Assembly: GCA_965644315.1 (NCBI GenBank)
Contig: CBFFRQ010000061.1
Span: 79,114 to 143,113 of the forward strand
Length of the DNA stretch: 64,000 bases
Direction: 5' to 3'
Source of the DNA: Caecitellus pseudoparvulus
Taxonomy: Eukaryota; Protista; Bigyra: Bicosoecida
Part shown: positions 1-11,573 of the stretch, piece after piece
Layout of the letters: every line of letters starts with the position of its first letter
Numbering within the stretch: position 1 is the stretch's first letter
Program-made: the position numbers and the translations under genes
Notes under the pieces: model-generated
Databases searched by the model: none
What the model saw: the letters and a program-made list of their open reading frames with translations, nothing else
Told to the model about the DNA's origin: nothing

Positions 1-2
1 CT

Positions 3-2312
3 GATGTTGGGTCAATTTACGGTGTGAATAACATCGTCGGTGCAGTGCGCATCGGGCAAGTGCGGGCGAAGCCACACCCCTGCCGAGGCCAGACAGCAAC
101 CATCAAGTTTGCGCCCAACTCAACGGCTTCCCCCACATGCTACCCTGTGTCCCGAGAGGACTTTGAGCAAAAGGATGAAGATAAAAGTGACTTTGGTGCC
201 AATGGGGTCACGTGGTCCTGGGCAGGGAACTTTTCTGCAGGCAGTCCAGGAAGACTTCACTGGAGCATTCAGGAGGAGCGGGATCTGGGCATGCTCGGGC
301 GGTCTGGTGCAAGCGGATTCACGACGTTTGAGGAGGTGTGGTTCCCCTCGCCCGCCTTTCCCGTGATCTTGCCGAACCCCGCTTCGCCCAATGCGGAAGC
401 CATCGCTACCCGGCGGATCGCTGAGCTGCAACAAGGCGGGTACATCACAGCCGCCACGAGGCTAATCGCAGTGCAGCTCACGCTGGCCAACCCAGACCTG
501 GACGTGATCATGCCCTTTGTCATGTACATTGAGCTGCCTGGAAGTGGCGGCCTGAACACCGGCTTTAAGTACAATGTGGTGCGACTGTACAGCATCACAT
601 CAAGCACGTCAGACTCAAACGCCGTGATTGAAATGCTCGTCCTGGTGTTCTACTTGTACTTCTTCTTCAAAATCTGCACAGGCATTGCCCGCAAGGGCCT
701 GGGTTCCTTGCTCAAGGCCAGGAACCTTATCAACGCAGTGTCCATCCTCTTCTACGCTGGTATGTGGTGGGCCCGGTACTCTGCCGAAGTCACCAGCCCT
801 GCCAAGGACGAGGTGTTCCTGCACACGGATACCTTCTATGCTTTTGAGGCCGCTGCCTCGTACCGCTCGCTCAGCGTCCTCCTGTCTGCCATCAACTCGT
901 TCCTCGTCGTGTTCACGCTGGCAGACTATCTGTCCGGCTTCGGGGGCCTGCAGCTTGTGACTGGCTCACTGTACAAGTCCCTCCTCCCATCCGTGTCCTT
1001 CTTTGTCGTCTTCATCGTTGTCTTTGTCGGCTTTGCCATCGCCCACATGATGATTTGGGGGCAAGAAATGGAGCAGTTCCGGAATCTGTCGCAGACTTCG
1101 TACACGTTGATGATGTCGTTGCTTGGGGACGTGCCCGTCGAGGAGATGCGCCGCGTGAACCCTAGCATGACGCCTATTCTCGTCATTGGCTACATTTGCA
1201 CGCTCACCTTTATTGTTCTCAACATCTTCATCGCCATTGTCACGGAAGCTTACGAGCGTCAGAAGACAGAGATGGAGGAGGGCATCCAGGCAAACCTCCT
1301 GGCTGACTTGTCCGCGTACTTGGTAGGCAAGTGCCGTGCCCTTCTTGGGGAAAGCGCAGAGGCCACACTGCGGTGGCTTTTGTCTGGGTGCACCGGCGTG
1401 GGGCGGTCCCTCACCTCTGGAAACCCGCAATCGCTGAAGCGGAGGATGGCCGCAGTGGGCATCGAGATTTCGGATCGGGCTGCAGATCGCGCCTTCTTCA
1501 CGGTGGAGGGCAGCGAGTACGCCGAGACCAAGGCGTTCACATCCATGGGTTTGTGTGCAGGCCAAGTCGGACAGCTGCAGAAGGCAACAGCGGCCATCAA
1601 GGCACCCTTCGAAGCCATGCGACAGGAGGCTCGCCGGCGGGCTGCTTCCTTTGCCCGTGGTAATCCGATGGTGATGGCGAAGGCGGGATCCCCACCGGCA
1701 GCGACCACTTCCACAGAAAGCCCCCCTCCAGCACCTTCCAATTGCTCGTCGGCCATGCGCACACTGAGCGCGTCTGAGCAGCCGTTGCAAACTTGCTGTT
1801 CCGCACGCCGAACCTGCTGCCAGCAGTTCTGCGATAACCCTACTGGCAGTTCGTGGGCCTGCCTGAAGTTGGTCATGGTGCGCCTAACGTTGGTTCTCAC
1901 AAACAGCTTGTACATTCACGTGTACAAGGTTTCCGCCGACAACCTGCGCAAATACGCACAGGACAGCCCGGACGGCAACCGCTTGAAGGAGGCGTTGTTC
2001 AAGTGCCTGCGGCAAGAGCGGGATGCATCCAAGGCCATGGCCCGCATCCTTCAGGCACGCGCAGAGCAAGTTTTGAGCGGAAGCGGGCCTCGTGCCCAGC
2101 AAGAACAAGCGAAGCTTGCTGCTGCATTGACCGCGCTGGGCGAGCAAACGCCACAATCCCATCGCCTGGCCGCCGCGTTGCAAGGTGCAGCAGAAGGCGC
2201 TGCGACACTCCTTGCCGAGAGATCGACCGAAGACATTCAAAAGGCGCTCAGCCTCTTGAAGCTGGGCGGCACCTTCTCGTTGGATTCCTCACAAGGGCCG
2301 CTTCCCGAGTGA
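3..2312 (+). CDS. Polycystin-2/PKD2-like (TRPP) cation channel, 5' end outside window
   Basis: The frame is open from the window start (DVGSIYGVNNIVGAVRIGQVRA, resembling the polycystin TOP-domain N..G..R..Q.R motif). It also has 'GYITAATRLIAVQLTLAN', several TM helices and the pore/S6 region 'FRNLSQTSYTLMMSLLGD...FIVLNIFIAIVTEAYE'. Stop TGA at 2310-2312. Confidence 0.88.
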   Translation, partial: DVGSIYGVNNIVGAVRIGQVRAKPHPCRGQTATIKFAPNSTASPTCYPVSREDFEQKDEDKSDFGANGVTWSWAGNFSAGSPGRLHWSIQEERDLGMLGRSGASGFTTFEEVWFPSPAFPVILPNPASPNAEAIATRRIAELQQGGYITAATRLIAVQLTLANPDLDVIMPFVMYIELPGSGGLNTGFKYNVVRLYSITSSTSDSNAVIEMLVLVFYLYFFFKICTGIARKGLGSLLKARNLINAVSILFYAGMWWARYSAEVTSPAKDEVFLHTDTFYAFEAAASYRSLSVLLSAINSFLVVFTLADYLSGFGGLQLVTGSLYKSLLPSVSFFVVFIVVFVGFAIAHMMIWGQEMEQFRNLSQTSYTLMMSLLGDVPVEEMRRVNPSMTPILVIGYICTLTFIVLNIFIAIVTEAYERQKTEMEEGIQANLLADLSAYLVGKCRALLGESAEATLRWLLSGCTGVGRSLTSGNPQSLKRRMAAVGIEISDRAADRAFFTVEGSEYAETKAFTSMGLCAGQVGQLQKATAAIKAPFEAMRQEARRRAASFARGNPMVMAKAGSPPAATTSTESPPPAPSNCSSAMRTLSASEQPLQTCCSARRTCCQQFCDNPTGSSWACLKLVMVRLTLVLTNSLYIHVYKVSADNLRKYAQDSPDGNRLKEALFKCLRQERDASKAMARILQARAEQVLSGSGPRAQQEQAKLAAALTALGEQTPQSHRLAAALQGAAEGAATLLAERSTEDIQKALSLLKLGGTFSLDSSQGPLPE

Positions 2313-3633
2313 TAGCAACACTGGCCACGCGACCAGGACGGAGTCGGAGCTGACGCCGGGCTGCTTCACGCTGCTTGCCAAGGCAGCCTTCACGACGCCC
2401 AGTTTTTCCAATGCAGTGGCTTCCCCGTGCTTTCGGATCAGGCTTTGGTAGCCAGACCAAGTGCCCAGGTAGCCGATGGCCTCGTCCACTGTCAGCCTCG
2501 CTTCCAAGACGAGAGTCGCCCGAGCAACGCCTTGGAAGCAAGGCATACCTGAAAAGCTGTATCGCCGAGGCCGCACTCTACAAGCGTCTTTCAGCTGCTC
2601 TGGATCGCAAGAAGCGCTGTCGGGGTGGGTCACTGCGCTGTGCACGCCAGTGTCGGCGGCGCTGTCAGCTTCAGGTGGATCCAGCCCACGGTACAAGTCG
2701 ATCACCAGGCTGCGCTTGGCCACGTTCCAGTGCTCCGCCAGCTCAGAGTCAAACCCACGCAGAGCCGCGTCAGCCTCTTTGAGCTCAGGGAAGCTTGGGA
2801 ACCCTGTGAAAGGTGAAGGGTGCTGGTGTCAGGCTTGGTCCCTTGTCGCCAAGTTGGTGGCGAGCCTCACCGTATCCCACAACTGCCACAGTTCCCCCAG
2901 GTTTCAACACTCGGTGGGCTTCAGCGTAGAATGCTGGGACATCGAACCAGTGCAGGGCCTGTGCAGCTCTGGGTTTTCAAGCAGGGCAGGGGTCGGTTCA
3001 TGCAATTTGTGGTCTCGCGAAATCGCACCGAGTCGTCCGAGGCAGGCAGACTCACAGGACCATATCCGCCGACGCATCAGGCAGGCCCGTAGCCTCGCTT
3101 GTGCCCTGGGAAAACGACACACGCCCACTCTGCTGCTTCAAGGCACTGTCTACCTCAGGGTCAGCAAGGGTCGAGTCAGGAATTGGCTCGGCAGCAGGTG
3201 ACATGAACGCAAGGCGGGCAGAGTGCGGGGAAGGAGCAGCGTCACCGCCGCTTGAGTCGCCGGCCTCCAAACGAGCCTGCCCTGCTGCCACTTGCTCCGC
3301 GCTGGCATCCAGGGCGGCGACTTCGTCGAACCAGCGAGCCAAGGGGAAGCTTGCTTGGCCGCTGCCAGCCGCAATATCCGCAGCCAAGCCGAAGCCAGCT
3401 TCCGTTGCGGGGGGACCGCTGCTAGGCTGGGCCGTACCAGACGCCAAGCATCCGTGGACATGATAGTGCATGAGGACGTTGAATATTTCGTCTGCGTAGT
3501 TGGGCCTGAACGTCGCGTACGCGCTGGCTTGAGCGTCAAATAGTTTGGCGTGTTGGCCAAAGGAGCCAGTGCAGAGTGGCCGCACGCTGTTGCGGCCAGC
3601 CTGCGCCAGGCCTGAGGTACCCCGGGCTGCCAT
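2289..3633 (-). CDS. Class I SAM-dependent methyltransferase (Methyltransf_11, Tmt1/Crg1-like), 3 exons
   Basis: Exons 3633-3056, 2968-2871, 2803-2289; GT-AG introns 2969-3055 and 2804-2870 join in frame. Motifs: 'FDAQASAYATFRPNY', 'ADIAAGSGQA', 'ALDASAEQV', 'AQALHWFD', 'HRVLKPGGTVA', 'GYLGTWSGY'. Confidence 0.88.
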
Positions 3634-3933
3634 GTTCCACTCAGTGGTACACGTGTAAAACGGTACTTATGGATGTGATGCTTGCTGTGCGGGTGAAGTT
3701 GATTGTGGCACCCTGCATAAAGTGAAGCGTATCACGTTGCCTTGGTTGGCGTGAAGCAGCCCGCAGGCCCGTGCAATGCGCCGGACAAAAAAGAGCCGCA
3801 CAACTGGACTTACCGCAGTAGCTTCGTGCCTGAGTCCCGCCACGCTGTGTGCTGCTGACGCCCCATGCTTCCCTTACGCGGCAACTCTTGAATTGTGTGG
3901 GGGGCGATTTCCGCACTCAGTTTGCTGATCACA
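3634..3933. promoter_or_regulatory. Probable bidirectional promoter between the methyltransferase and ankyrin genes
   Basis: 300-bp, relatively AT-richer spacer between divergent ATGs; positional inference. Confidence 0.35.
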
Positions 3934-5163
3934 ATGGCCACACCACTGAACGAGCTCCTGCTGGATGCTGCCTCGAAGGGGGACTTGGATGAAGTCAATG
4001 CGTTGCTTGCTGCTGGGGCGAGCCCGATGAGTCGGGTGAATACACTCAGGCAACAGCGAACTGCACTTGGCGTGGCGTGTCTGGGCGGGTTCACAGACAT
4101 CGTGGCGACCCTCCTGGAAGCAGGCGCTTTTGCCAGTCAGTTTGCAGGGCAAGCCGAAGTAGGGTTCTCTGACACATTCACATTGTGGAACGGTCTGGCC
4201 GCTGCCGCCAAGGGGCGTGCGCCGCTGCCCCTCGTGGAGTTGCTGGTGCAAGCTGGAGCTCGCGCACACCCACCCGCCGGCTCGGACCAGCACCCGCTCA
4301 GTATTCTCACAGCAGCCATCCATGGGCCCCACAGCACGTCATGGACTCTAGAACAAGGTGGGAGGCATCTGGAGGCCACTGAGTGGCTTCAACTCGCCAA
4401 GCCTGCTCTAGTGAAGGCTGGGCTGTCATTCACGTCTCCTGGGAGCAAGTTTCAGGGACATGGTGACGAACCAGTGGCACTGCTGATCAGGCAGGGTCAC
4501 AGTGGGATGCCTGTCCTGCGGATGCTGGTGGAGTGGGGAATGCCCCTGCCTGAGCAGCCTAGCGCCGTACTGAGCACTGCAGCTATGCACGGCAACAGAA
4601 CGGCATTGCTGTTCCTGCTGCAGCACGTGACCCAGACTGCACTTGATAACGCGTGTGTGTTAGGTGCTTGGGATGCGTGCAAGAAGTATGTACGCGCACG
4701 GCCCGGCCTCCTTCCCCGCGTCGGCGGCCTGGCGCAACCCCTCCTGCTGCTCGCGTGCCACCTAGACCCCCGCCTGCACCACCTGGCAACGCGTATGACG
4801 CCAAGGGGTGCAGCGCCCCCTCGTCTGGGTTATACATTGAACCTGTGTGCGAGGAATGGTCTGCACCCGGCGTCTGACGGCGCCCCCCCTCTCCCTGAAG
4901 CCGAGGCGCGACGACTGAAATTCGACTCGTCGCTGTGTGTGGCGGTATGCCAAGAAATGGCGTCGCAGCAGGCATACTCCAGCCCTGATGCCGTGCCGCC
5001 CGAAGTGCAGGCGGGTGCTTTGGCTCTCTCTGTCTTCCTCCAACGAGCCGGCGAGCTGAACCTGGGCTTGCTGGCAGAACCTGGACTGCAAGAGCTGACC
5101 AAGGCGGGCCTGTGGGCGCTGCGGAGGGATGTGGTGCTGCTGCGGGCTGCTCGCAAGGTGTGA
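3934..5163 (+). CDS. Ankyrin-repeat protein
   Basis: ATG at 3934. Ankyrin-like units 'LLDAASKGDLDEVNALLAAGA', 'TALGVACLGGFTDIVATLLEAGA', 'LSTAAMHGNRTALLFLL'. Confidence 0.75.
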   Translation: MATPLNELLLDAASKGDLDEVNALLAAGASPMSRVNTLRQQRTALGVACLGGFTDIVATLLEAGAFASQFAGQAEVGFSDTFTLWNGLAAAAKGRAPLPLVELLVQAGARAHPPAGSDQHPLSILTAAIHGPHSTSWTLEQGGRHLEATEWLQLAKPALVKAGLSFTSPGSKFQGHGDEPVALLIRQGHSGMPVLRMLVEWGMPLPEQPSAVLSTAAMHGNRTALLFLLQHVTQTALDNACVLGAWDACKKYVRARPGLLPRVGGLAQPLLLLACHLDPRLHHLATRMTPRGAAPPRLGYTLNLCARNGLHPASDGAPPLPEAEARRLKFDSSLCVAVCQEMASQQAYSSPDAVPPEVQAGALALSVFLQRAGELNLGLLAEPGLQELTKAGLWALRRDVVLLRAARKV

Positions 5164-5647
5164 GCGTGCGCCGGCGCTTGGAGCGCCCGCTGCACTCGCG
5201 GTGTGGTGCGAATCCACTGCACCACACACTGCGCTGCATCAGCTGTCGGCGCCGCATGGCCACCTCACCCCCCCCACCAACTCCGGCACACAGCCACACG
5301 GCAGGCGCAGAGGCTGGCATGGGCTCGACAAAATATGCCAAACGCACCGAATGTAGCGAGAATAGGCTCAGCATCACTGTGTGCCTGCGACAGCCGCGTG
5401 AGCCTTGCATGGTTGGGGTGTGTGCGCTGCCACTTACAGGCACCGTGCCGGCCCAGCCAGTCGCCCACCCGCGCCGTGAATGCACTGGGTTGGGGACCGC
5501 AGGGACTTGTTTGTGCAATCTACATCTTCGTGAAGCCTTCTTGCTGCCTCAGAGACGCAGCGGCAGGGCAGTGGCGAGCGTCGTTACGTCGCGTGCGGCA
5601 CGTCGAGCATCTCCTCCCTTGGAGCATCTGAGGTATAGACGAGGGCG

Positions 5648-8600
5648 ATGGCCGCTTCCAAGGTGCGTTGCCGCATGCTTAGAGCGTCATGTGGTGCCGT
5701 CTGTGGGGCAGGCGCTCTCCCATGCGCCACGGCAAGTTGCTGCGCGCCGCTTGCAAGGTGCATTGCAGCGAAACGCCGCTGCAGCCCGCGCCCAACCTAT
5801 GTTGGTGCATGAGGACCCAGCCCACGAGCCGCTGTACATGCTACGTGGTGGATACATCACCATACATGTTCCGTGGCGTCTGGTGGCGTTTGCGGCGTGC
5901 CCAGGGCCCTGCCGGCTTTGCATACGTTCTCGGCGTCTGCGCCAAGCTGGTTTCCTGCACCCACTCACTTGCACACCGCTGGCCCCCGCAGGAGGAGCTG
6001 CTGTTGCTCAGTTGCTACAGCTCAAACACTGAAGCCGTCAAGCAGTGCCTGGAGGCAGGCGCGGACAGCAACGCGAGAGATGAGGAGGGCTTTTCGGCAC
6101 TCCACGCGGCGTGTGCCACCGGCAACGCCGACATGGTGCAGCTCCTGTTGCGGCATGGGGCAGATGTGAACGCTATTGACGCGTATGGCGACACACCGCT
6201 GATGTTCGCTAGCGCCGGGGGGCACTTGGAGTGCGTGAAGGTGCTGCTGGACACGACGGGCGTGGACATCTGGCACCGCAGCAGGGACAACTTGACAGCG
6301 GCGCAGGCAGCGGAGGCGAACGGGCAGCGCAAAGTGGTGCAATACTTTCACCAGCGCCACTTCATCGGAGGGCTTGACTTTTCCACCGGCGTGCGGCTGC
6401 GGGGGCGCCTGAGCTTGGTGGACTCTGGCTCTGGCTACAAGTGGGCCCACGACCGCGTGTTTGTGCTGTCAGACAAGCTGCAGTCCCTGTACTTCTGGGA
6501 GGGCGACACGGACGTGGTGCAGACGAGCATTCGCCGCATCCGACTGCCCCACATCACCCGCGTGGACCACCAGCCCGACCACCCCAAGCTCTGCGTGCTC
6601 TTCTCCATCACTGTGTTGACAGGGCGGCGCCTGCCGCTCATGGCTCCCACGAAGGAAGAGGCGGCTACGTGGGTGCAGGCCATCCGCCATGCGTGCCGCC
6701 AGTACATCGCCGTGTACAAGATCCAAGGCGCCTTCCGCATGGCTGCTGCCGTGCGGCGTGCTCGTGCTCGGACGGCGCTGATGGAGAGTGTGGAGGATAA
6801 AATCGACGACACGCTGAGCACGCCAGCGGTGACCACCATGTACCGCCCGTACAAGCGCTCCCGCGTCGGGCGCAGTGACCGCATTGCGTGGGCCAAGAAG
6901 CACTACGTTCTGACGCCCCACCTTCTCACGGAGTACAGCACCAAGCGTGATGCGGCAGCGGCGCTGGACCGCCTGCACGAGTTGGCAGGCATGGGGTCCT
7001 CAGCCCGCAAGAAGTTCGCCAACGACTCCTCAGCCAAGAAGAAAGTGGAGGAAGCCAACAAGAAGTGGCGGTTCTCGGTCTTGGCTGGCACAGCTGGAGC
7101 GGCGGCCTCCGGCGGCGGCGGCGGGCGTGGCGGCGGCGGGGGGCGTGGCGGCGTGAAGCCACCCCCCCTGCCTGAGGGGGAGGAGGCGCCCACGCCGCCC
7201 GTGAAGAAGCCAGGCGGCAAGGGTGCCGCCAAGGTGCTGGGAGACGACGTGCTGAGCCAGGACCCAGGCGATCCCGGCGCCATGGTGGGCAGCATGGACC
7301 GCCACACGGGCCTGGTGGTGTCTCGGCTCAGATCCACCTTTGACGGCAGCATCTACCCACGCACTGCCACGGCGCAGCTGCTGTGGGTGGAACGCCAGCG
7401 GCGTTACCTGGAGCTGCGCCTGTCCAATGGCAGCCGTATCGTGCTGCGCGCTAAGGACGACGAGGAGGCAGAGCGATTCCAGATCGAGCTCCAGGCACGC
7501 ATCCCACGGCTGGCCGCTGCTGCCACGGAGATCGCACGCATCTGGCACGCTTACCGTGTGCGTGGGAAGATCTTTCCCGAGATCCGGCGCTGGGCGGCGC
7601 TGCAGGTGGCCAACCGGAAGTACGGTGCCGGGACGGACGTGGTGGAGGGCGCCGTGACCATGATCCAGCGCAACTGGCGCGCGATGAAGGACTGGCGCAC
7701 GTCCAACCCGTTCGCCCGCATCGCCATGGCCGCCGCCATGACCCGCCGGGCAGAGCGCCGCGCCAAGGAGAAGCTTGAGGGGGCGGAGATGTCCAAGCGG
7801 CGGGCAGCGCGCGAAGCGGCCAAGGCGGCGCTGGGGGACGGCGACGTCAGTGAGGAGGAGCCTGAGGACGCTGCCACCAGCATGGGGCGCCTGATGAAGG
7901 CTGCTCGCAGGGCCAAGGGGCAGGAGCGGCGGGGGCGGCGGCGGCTGGTGAAGGCTGCGTGGCAGGATGACGGGTGGGACTCCAAGGGTGTGCGGGCGTG
8001 GATCACGGCGGCCATCTCCGCAGTCACATTCGACGCGGCGCCCTCCGCGACGACGGGCGGCACGTCGCAGGCGCCAGGCCCTGCTGCGGGTGGCACGGGC
8101 TCCACCGCATCCCCTGCTGCAAGCCCTGGAGGGGGCGGCGAGGAGGCCAAGCAGGGGGGGGATGGGCATGCGGCAGGGGGTGATGGGGCGACGGGGCCGG
8201 CACAACCTGGTGCAGCCGACGCAGTGAGGGCGACGAAAGGCGCCCCCACGGCAGCCAAGGGACTGCACCTGACATATGAGCAGATGCGGCACATCATGAC
8301 GCTGGACCTCATGCGGCGCATCGTGGAGCTGGAGGCGGAAGATGACTTCCGGCGAGCCAAGGCGCGGTGGCGGCGGCGGCAGCGGCGGCGGCGGCGCGAG
8401 GCCAAAGGACAGGCGCCGGGGGGCGAGGCCAAGGCTGGGGAGAAGGAGGTGGTGGACAGCGAGTGGGAGGACCGCAGCCCCGCCGAGCTGTCTGCCAGCT
8501 CGTACGAGGCGGAGACGACGCGGCGCCAGAAGTACAAGGTGAAGGGGCCCAACGGGCGCATCATCGACGTGGCTGATGTGGACGAGTTCCATTTCGACGG

Positions 8601-10659
8601 CATGACCAGCTTCACCCGCACGTCCGAGCGGCGGCTGGCGCGGCGCCTGATGGGGCTGTGCCTGGGCCCGGGCAAGGGCGACCAGGACCTGGACACCTTC
8701 GACAAGGACATGCAACCCATCGACCAGATCATGCTGCAGCCTGTGCCGAAGGACCTGCCCAAGCGCCTGGAGTCCGTGCAGCCGGAAGACCTGCTGGGGC
8801 GGTGGGCGGACGCTGTCATCACCATGCGGGGTGGGCGGGTGGAGGAAGTGACCATGGACGACCTGGGTGTCACCGGGGGCGGCAAGCCCCGCTGGCGGTA
8901 CGTGCAGGTGGAGGGGGGTGACGAGGAGGACGACGGGGGGTACTCCGCCGAGCAAGGCGGAGACACCCTCAGCAAGCTGCGTGCTCTCGGTCGCAAGACG
9001 GGTGACCTGCACAAGAAGTTCCAGTCACGCCTGTCCATTTTTGCCCGCAGTGGAGGCGATCTGGGCCCACCGGGCTCCATGGACACCGCCGCCGCCCGTC
9101 GCAAGTCGGCGCTGGGGCAGGGCCTCATGGGGCGCCGCACCAGCATCTCAGCGGCGGCGGAGGTGGGCCTGCTTGCTGCCGCAGGGCAAATGGCCTTCGC
9201 GTCGGGGGGGGGCGACAAGCGCAGCCTGTCCAAGGGCAGCTCTGGCTCCCGGGGCCGTGCCAGCATCATGGGCGCAGCAGGCGGCCTTGGCAAGGCCGCT
9301 GGCCGGCACGACTCCTTCGCCCCCACCTCCAACGGCCAGGGTGGAGGCGGTGACAGGCGCACTCGGCGCAGCCAAAAGCGCACTCTGTCTGCCCTCACAG
9401 GCGCCCGAAGCGGGGGTGTCGGGCGAGGCGGTGGCCGGGGTGGCCGGGGTGGTGGCCGTGGAGGGAAGCGTCTGTCCATCATGGACAAGTGGAAGGGGCG
9501 GGGGTCTGGGGGTGGAGCGGGGCTGGCGCTTGGCGGGCGGGGCACCGGCGCCCGTGCTGCCCAGCTAGCAGCGGCAGAGCAAGGCAGTGACTCCTCCGGC
9601 TCCAGCTCCAGCAGCAGTGGCTCCAGTAGTGGCGAGGAGCAGGCTGAGGGGCGGGACGGCGTGCGGCGGCCTTCGTACACGGGGCATTTCCACTCTTCTT
9701 CCTCCTCTGGCACTGAGTCGTCTGATACAGAGGACTCGTCGTCTGGGGAGAGCAGTGGTCCCGAGGAGGGCGCTGGGGGTCGCCGCCCGACCCTGCCTGT
9801 GCTGGACGAGTCAGTGCCGTACGAGGGCGAGTCAAGCAGTGGTGACTCCTCCAGTGGCGAGGAAGAGGGCACTGATGCCTTGGGCAAGGAGCCTTGGTCA
9901 CGGGCTGCTCCAGGGCCCAGTGGCAGCACGGGAGGTGCCGGGCCAGGCGGCCTGTCCCCTCCTGACGCTTCCTCCTCCTCAGACAGCAGTGACAGCGAGG
10001 ACGAGGCAGAGACGGGGACACCTGCCGCCCCTGCCAAGCGGGGCAGTCCGGTGTACCAGAGCATGCCCCTGAAGGGCATTGCTGAAGGGCACGAGCCCGG
10101 CAGTGCGAGTGACTCGTCGTCGTCTGATGAGGAGGAGGCTGGCCCGCCAGGTGCGGGGGGTGGTGCCCGCCAGCCGCCCAGTGAAACGCAGCAGCACAGC
10201 AGCATGCAAAACGCGTCATGGGCGCAGGACAGTGACTCCTCTGGTGAAAGTAGTGATGAGGAGGAGTCAGCTGCCATGGTGGCTGCCGTCAGCGAGAGCG
10301 TGCCCCACGAGGCTGCAGCCACACAGGCGAGTCAGTCAGTCCCAGCACCCTACGTGGGGGAGGAGTCCGGTGACTCCTCGGGGGACTCCAGCAGTGACGA
10401 AGAAGGGGATGCGGGAGGTGCAAGCCAGCCAGCGTGGAAGGCTGCGGCTGTGGGCAGCGTTCAGCCCCCAGCCGCTGGCACCGCCCTGGTGCTGGATGAG
10501 TCTTCAGACAGCAGTTCATCCGACGAGGAGGCTGCGGCAGCCCCCCCTCGGCCCATGAACCTTGCTTTTCAAAAGCGGGCGCCAGTCCCTGCAGGGCCAG
10601 CTGCGGGGGCTCTGGGGCCGGACTCCTCCTCAGGAGAGGATTCCTCGGACGAGGAGTGA
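5648..10659 (+). CDS. Large ankyrin + PH + IQ-motif protein with an acidic Ser-rich tail
   Basis: Micro-exon 5648-5662 (MAASK), intron 5663-5991 (GTGCGT...CCGCAG), then exon 5992-10659 in phase 0. Three ankyrin repeats (e.g. 'GDTPLMFASAGGHLECVKVLL'), PH end 'LMAPTKEEAATWVQAIR', IQ motifs 'KIQGAFR', 'EIARIWHAYR', 'MIQRNWR'. Confidence 0.8.
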
Positions 10660-10854
10660 CTCAGCAATGCAGCGTGGATTCTTGAGCGCTTTGTGCAGTG
10701 GACTTCAGACACCAAAACTTGAGCCCTACTCAAGGTAAATGCAGCCTCTACGGCATGTAGAGCTGTAGATCTGATCGTGCGCGCACGCCCTTCGCCCGGC
10801 TCGACCCGCTTCCTGATTCCTGGGAAACGAGGAGCACTGAGCCACGCGCAAGCC

Positions 10855-11573
10855 ATGGACACGACCGTCCCCAGTGGGTATGCTGAGATGGGCGCCTCGT
10901 CCAAGGGAAGCTGGGCTAGCAGGAGCCTGGAACGCCTGTGTTACGTGGCGCTGTTCTTGAGCTTGGTCAGCAGCATTCACATCGGTGCGGCCGGCGTTTC
11001 AGCGCACATGAAACGCCACTTGAATTCGCGTGGCACACTCCGCCCCACCTGCTCACAGGGGCGTCTGGGTACAATGTCCCAATCGCCGTCTTTGGTCTCC
11101 TTGCTGAGGCCTCGCGTCGAGGGCGGCATGTCTTTGCTCTCCTCTTTGTCATCCCCGTGTCGTGGGTGCTGGACATTCTGCGCTTGATGCAGTTCAACTT
11201 CCACTCGTGGGTGACCATTGGCGTCATCTCAGCCGTCGCCCTGTGCATGGTCGCCTTGGTCAAGCTGGTCATGATGCTGGCCCTCTACCAATTGTTCTCT
11301 GAGATGGGCGGGACGTGGAGCCTGACCAACTCCAGTGCGTACCGCGCATCTCCGCTCAAGCACACAGCGCCGCTTAACTGCACGCGACGCGCCTTTTGCA
11401 CAGGCTTGCCGCTGGATCGCAGGCACAGTTTCAGCACTGACGAGGTCGTGGTCGGCGTCGTGTCCGTGCCTCATCGCGGGCACACGGCTCGTTTGGACGG
11501 ACAGCACCCTGGCGTTGCGGGTCCCCGGCCTGAATCGCGGGGCAGTGAAGCGGGTGGGTTCGGAGCCATGTGA
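10855..11573 (+). CDS. Small multi-TM protein, AGTRAP-like
   Basis: Exon 10855-10984, intron 10985-11058, exon from 11059, and a probable in-frame 69-bp intron at 11335-11403. The pattern 'YN..I..FGL..A...SWVLDI...LVK....LY..F.E.GG' resembles the AGTRAP family by eye. Confidence 0.55.

Noticed and set aside
5164-5647. Possible small gene between the two ankyrin genes
   Set aside because: No consistent exon chain or recognisable product; likely UTR or promoter.
7030-10322. Long antisense ORFs (660 and 923 aa) and many similar shadow ORFs across the window
   Set aside because: They lie opposite well-supported genes. High GC and codon bias suppress stops on the reverse strand, and the translations have no domain signatures.
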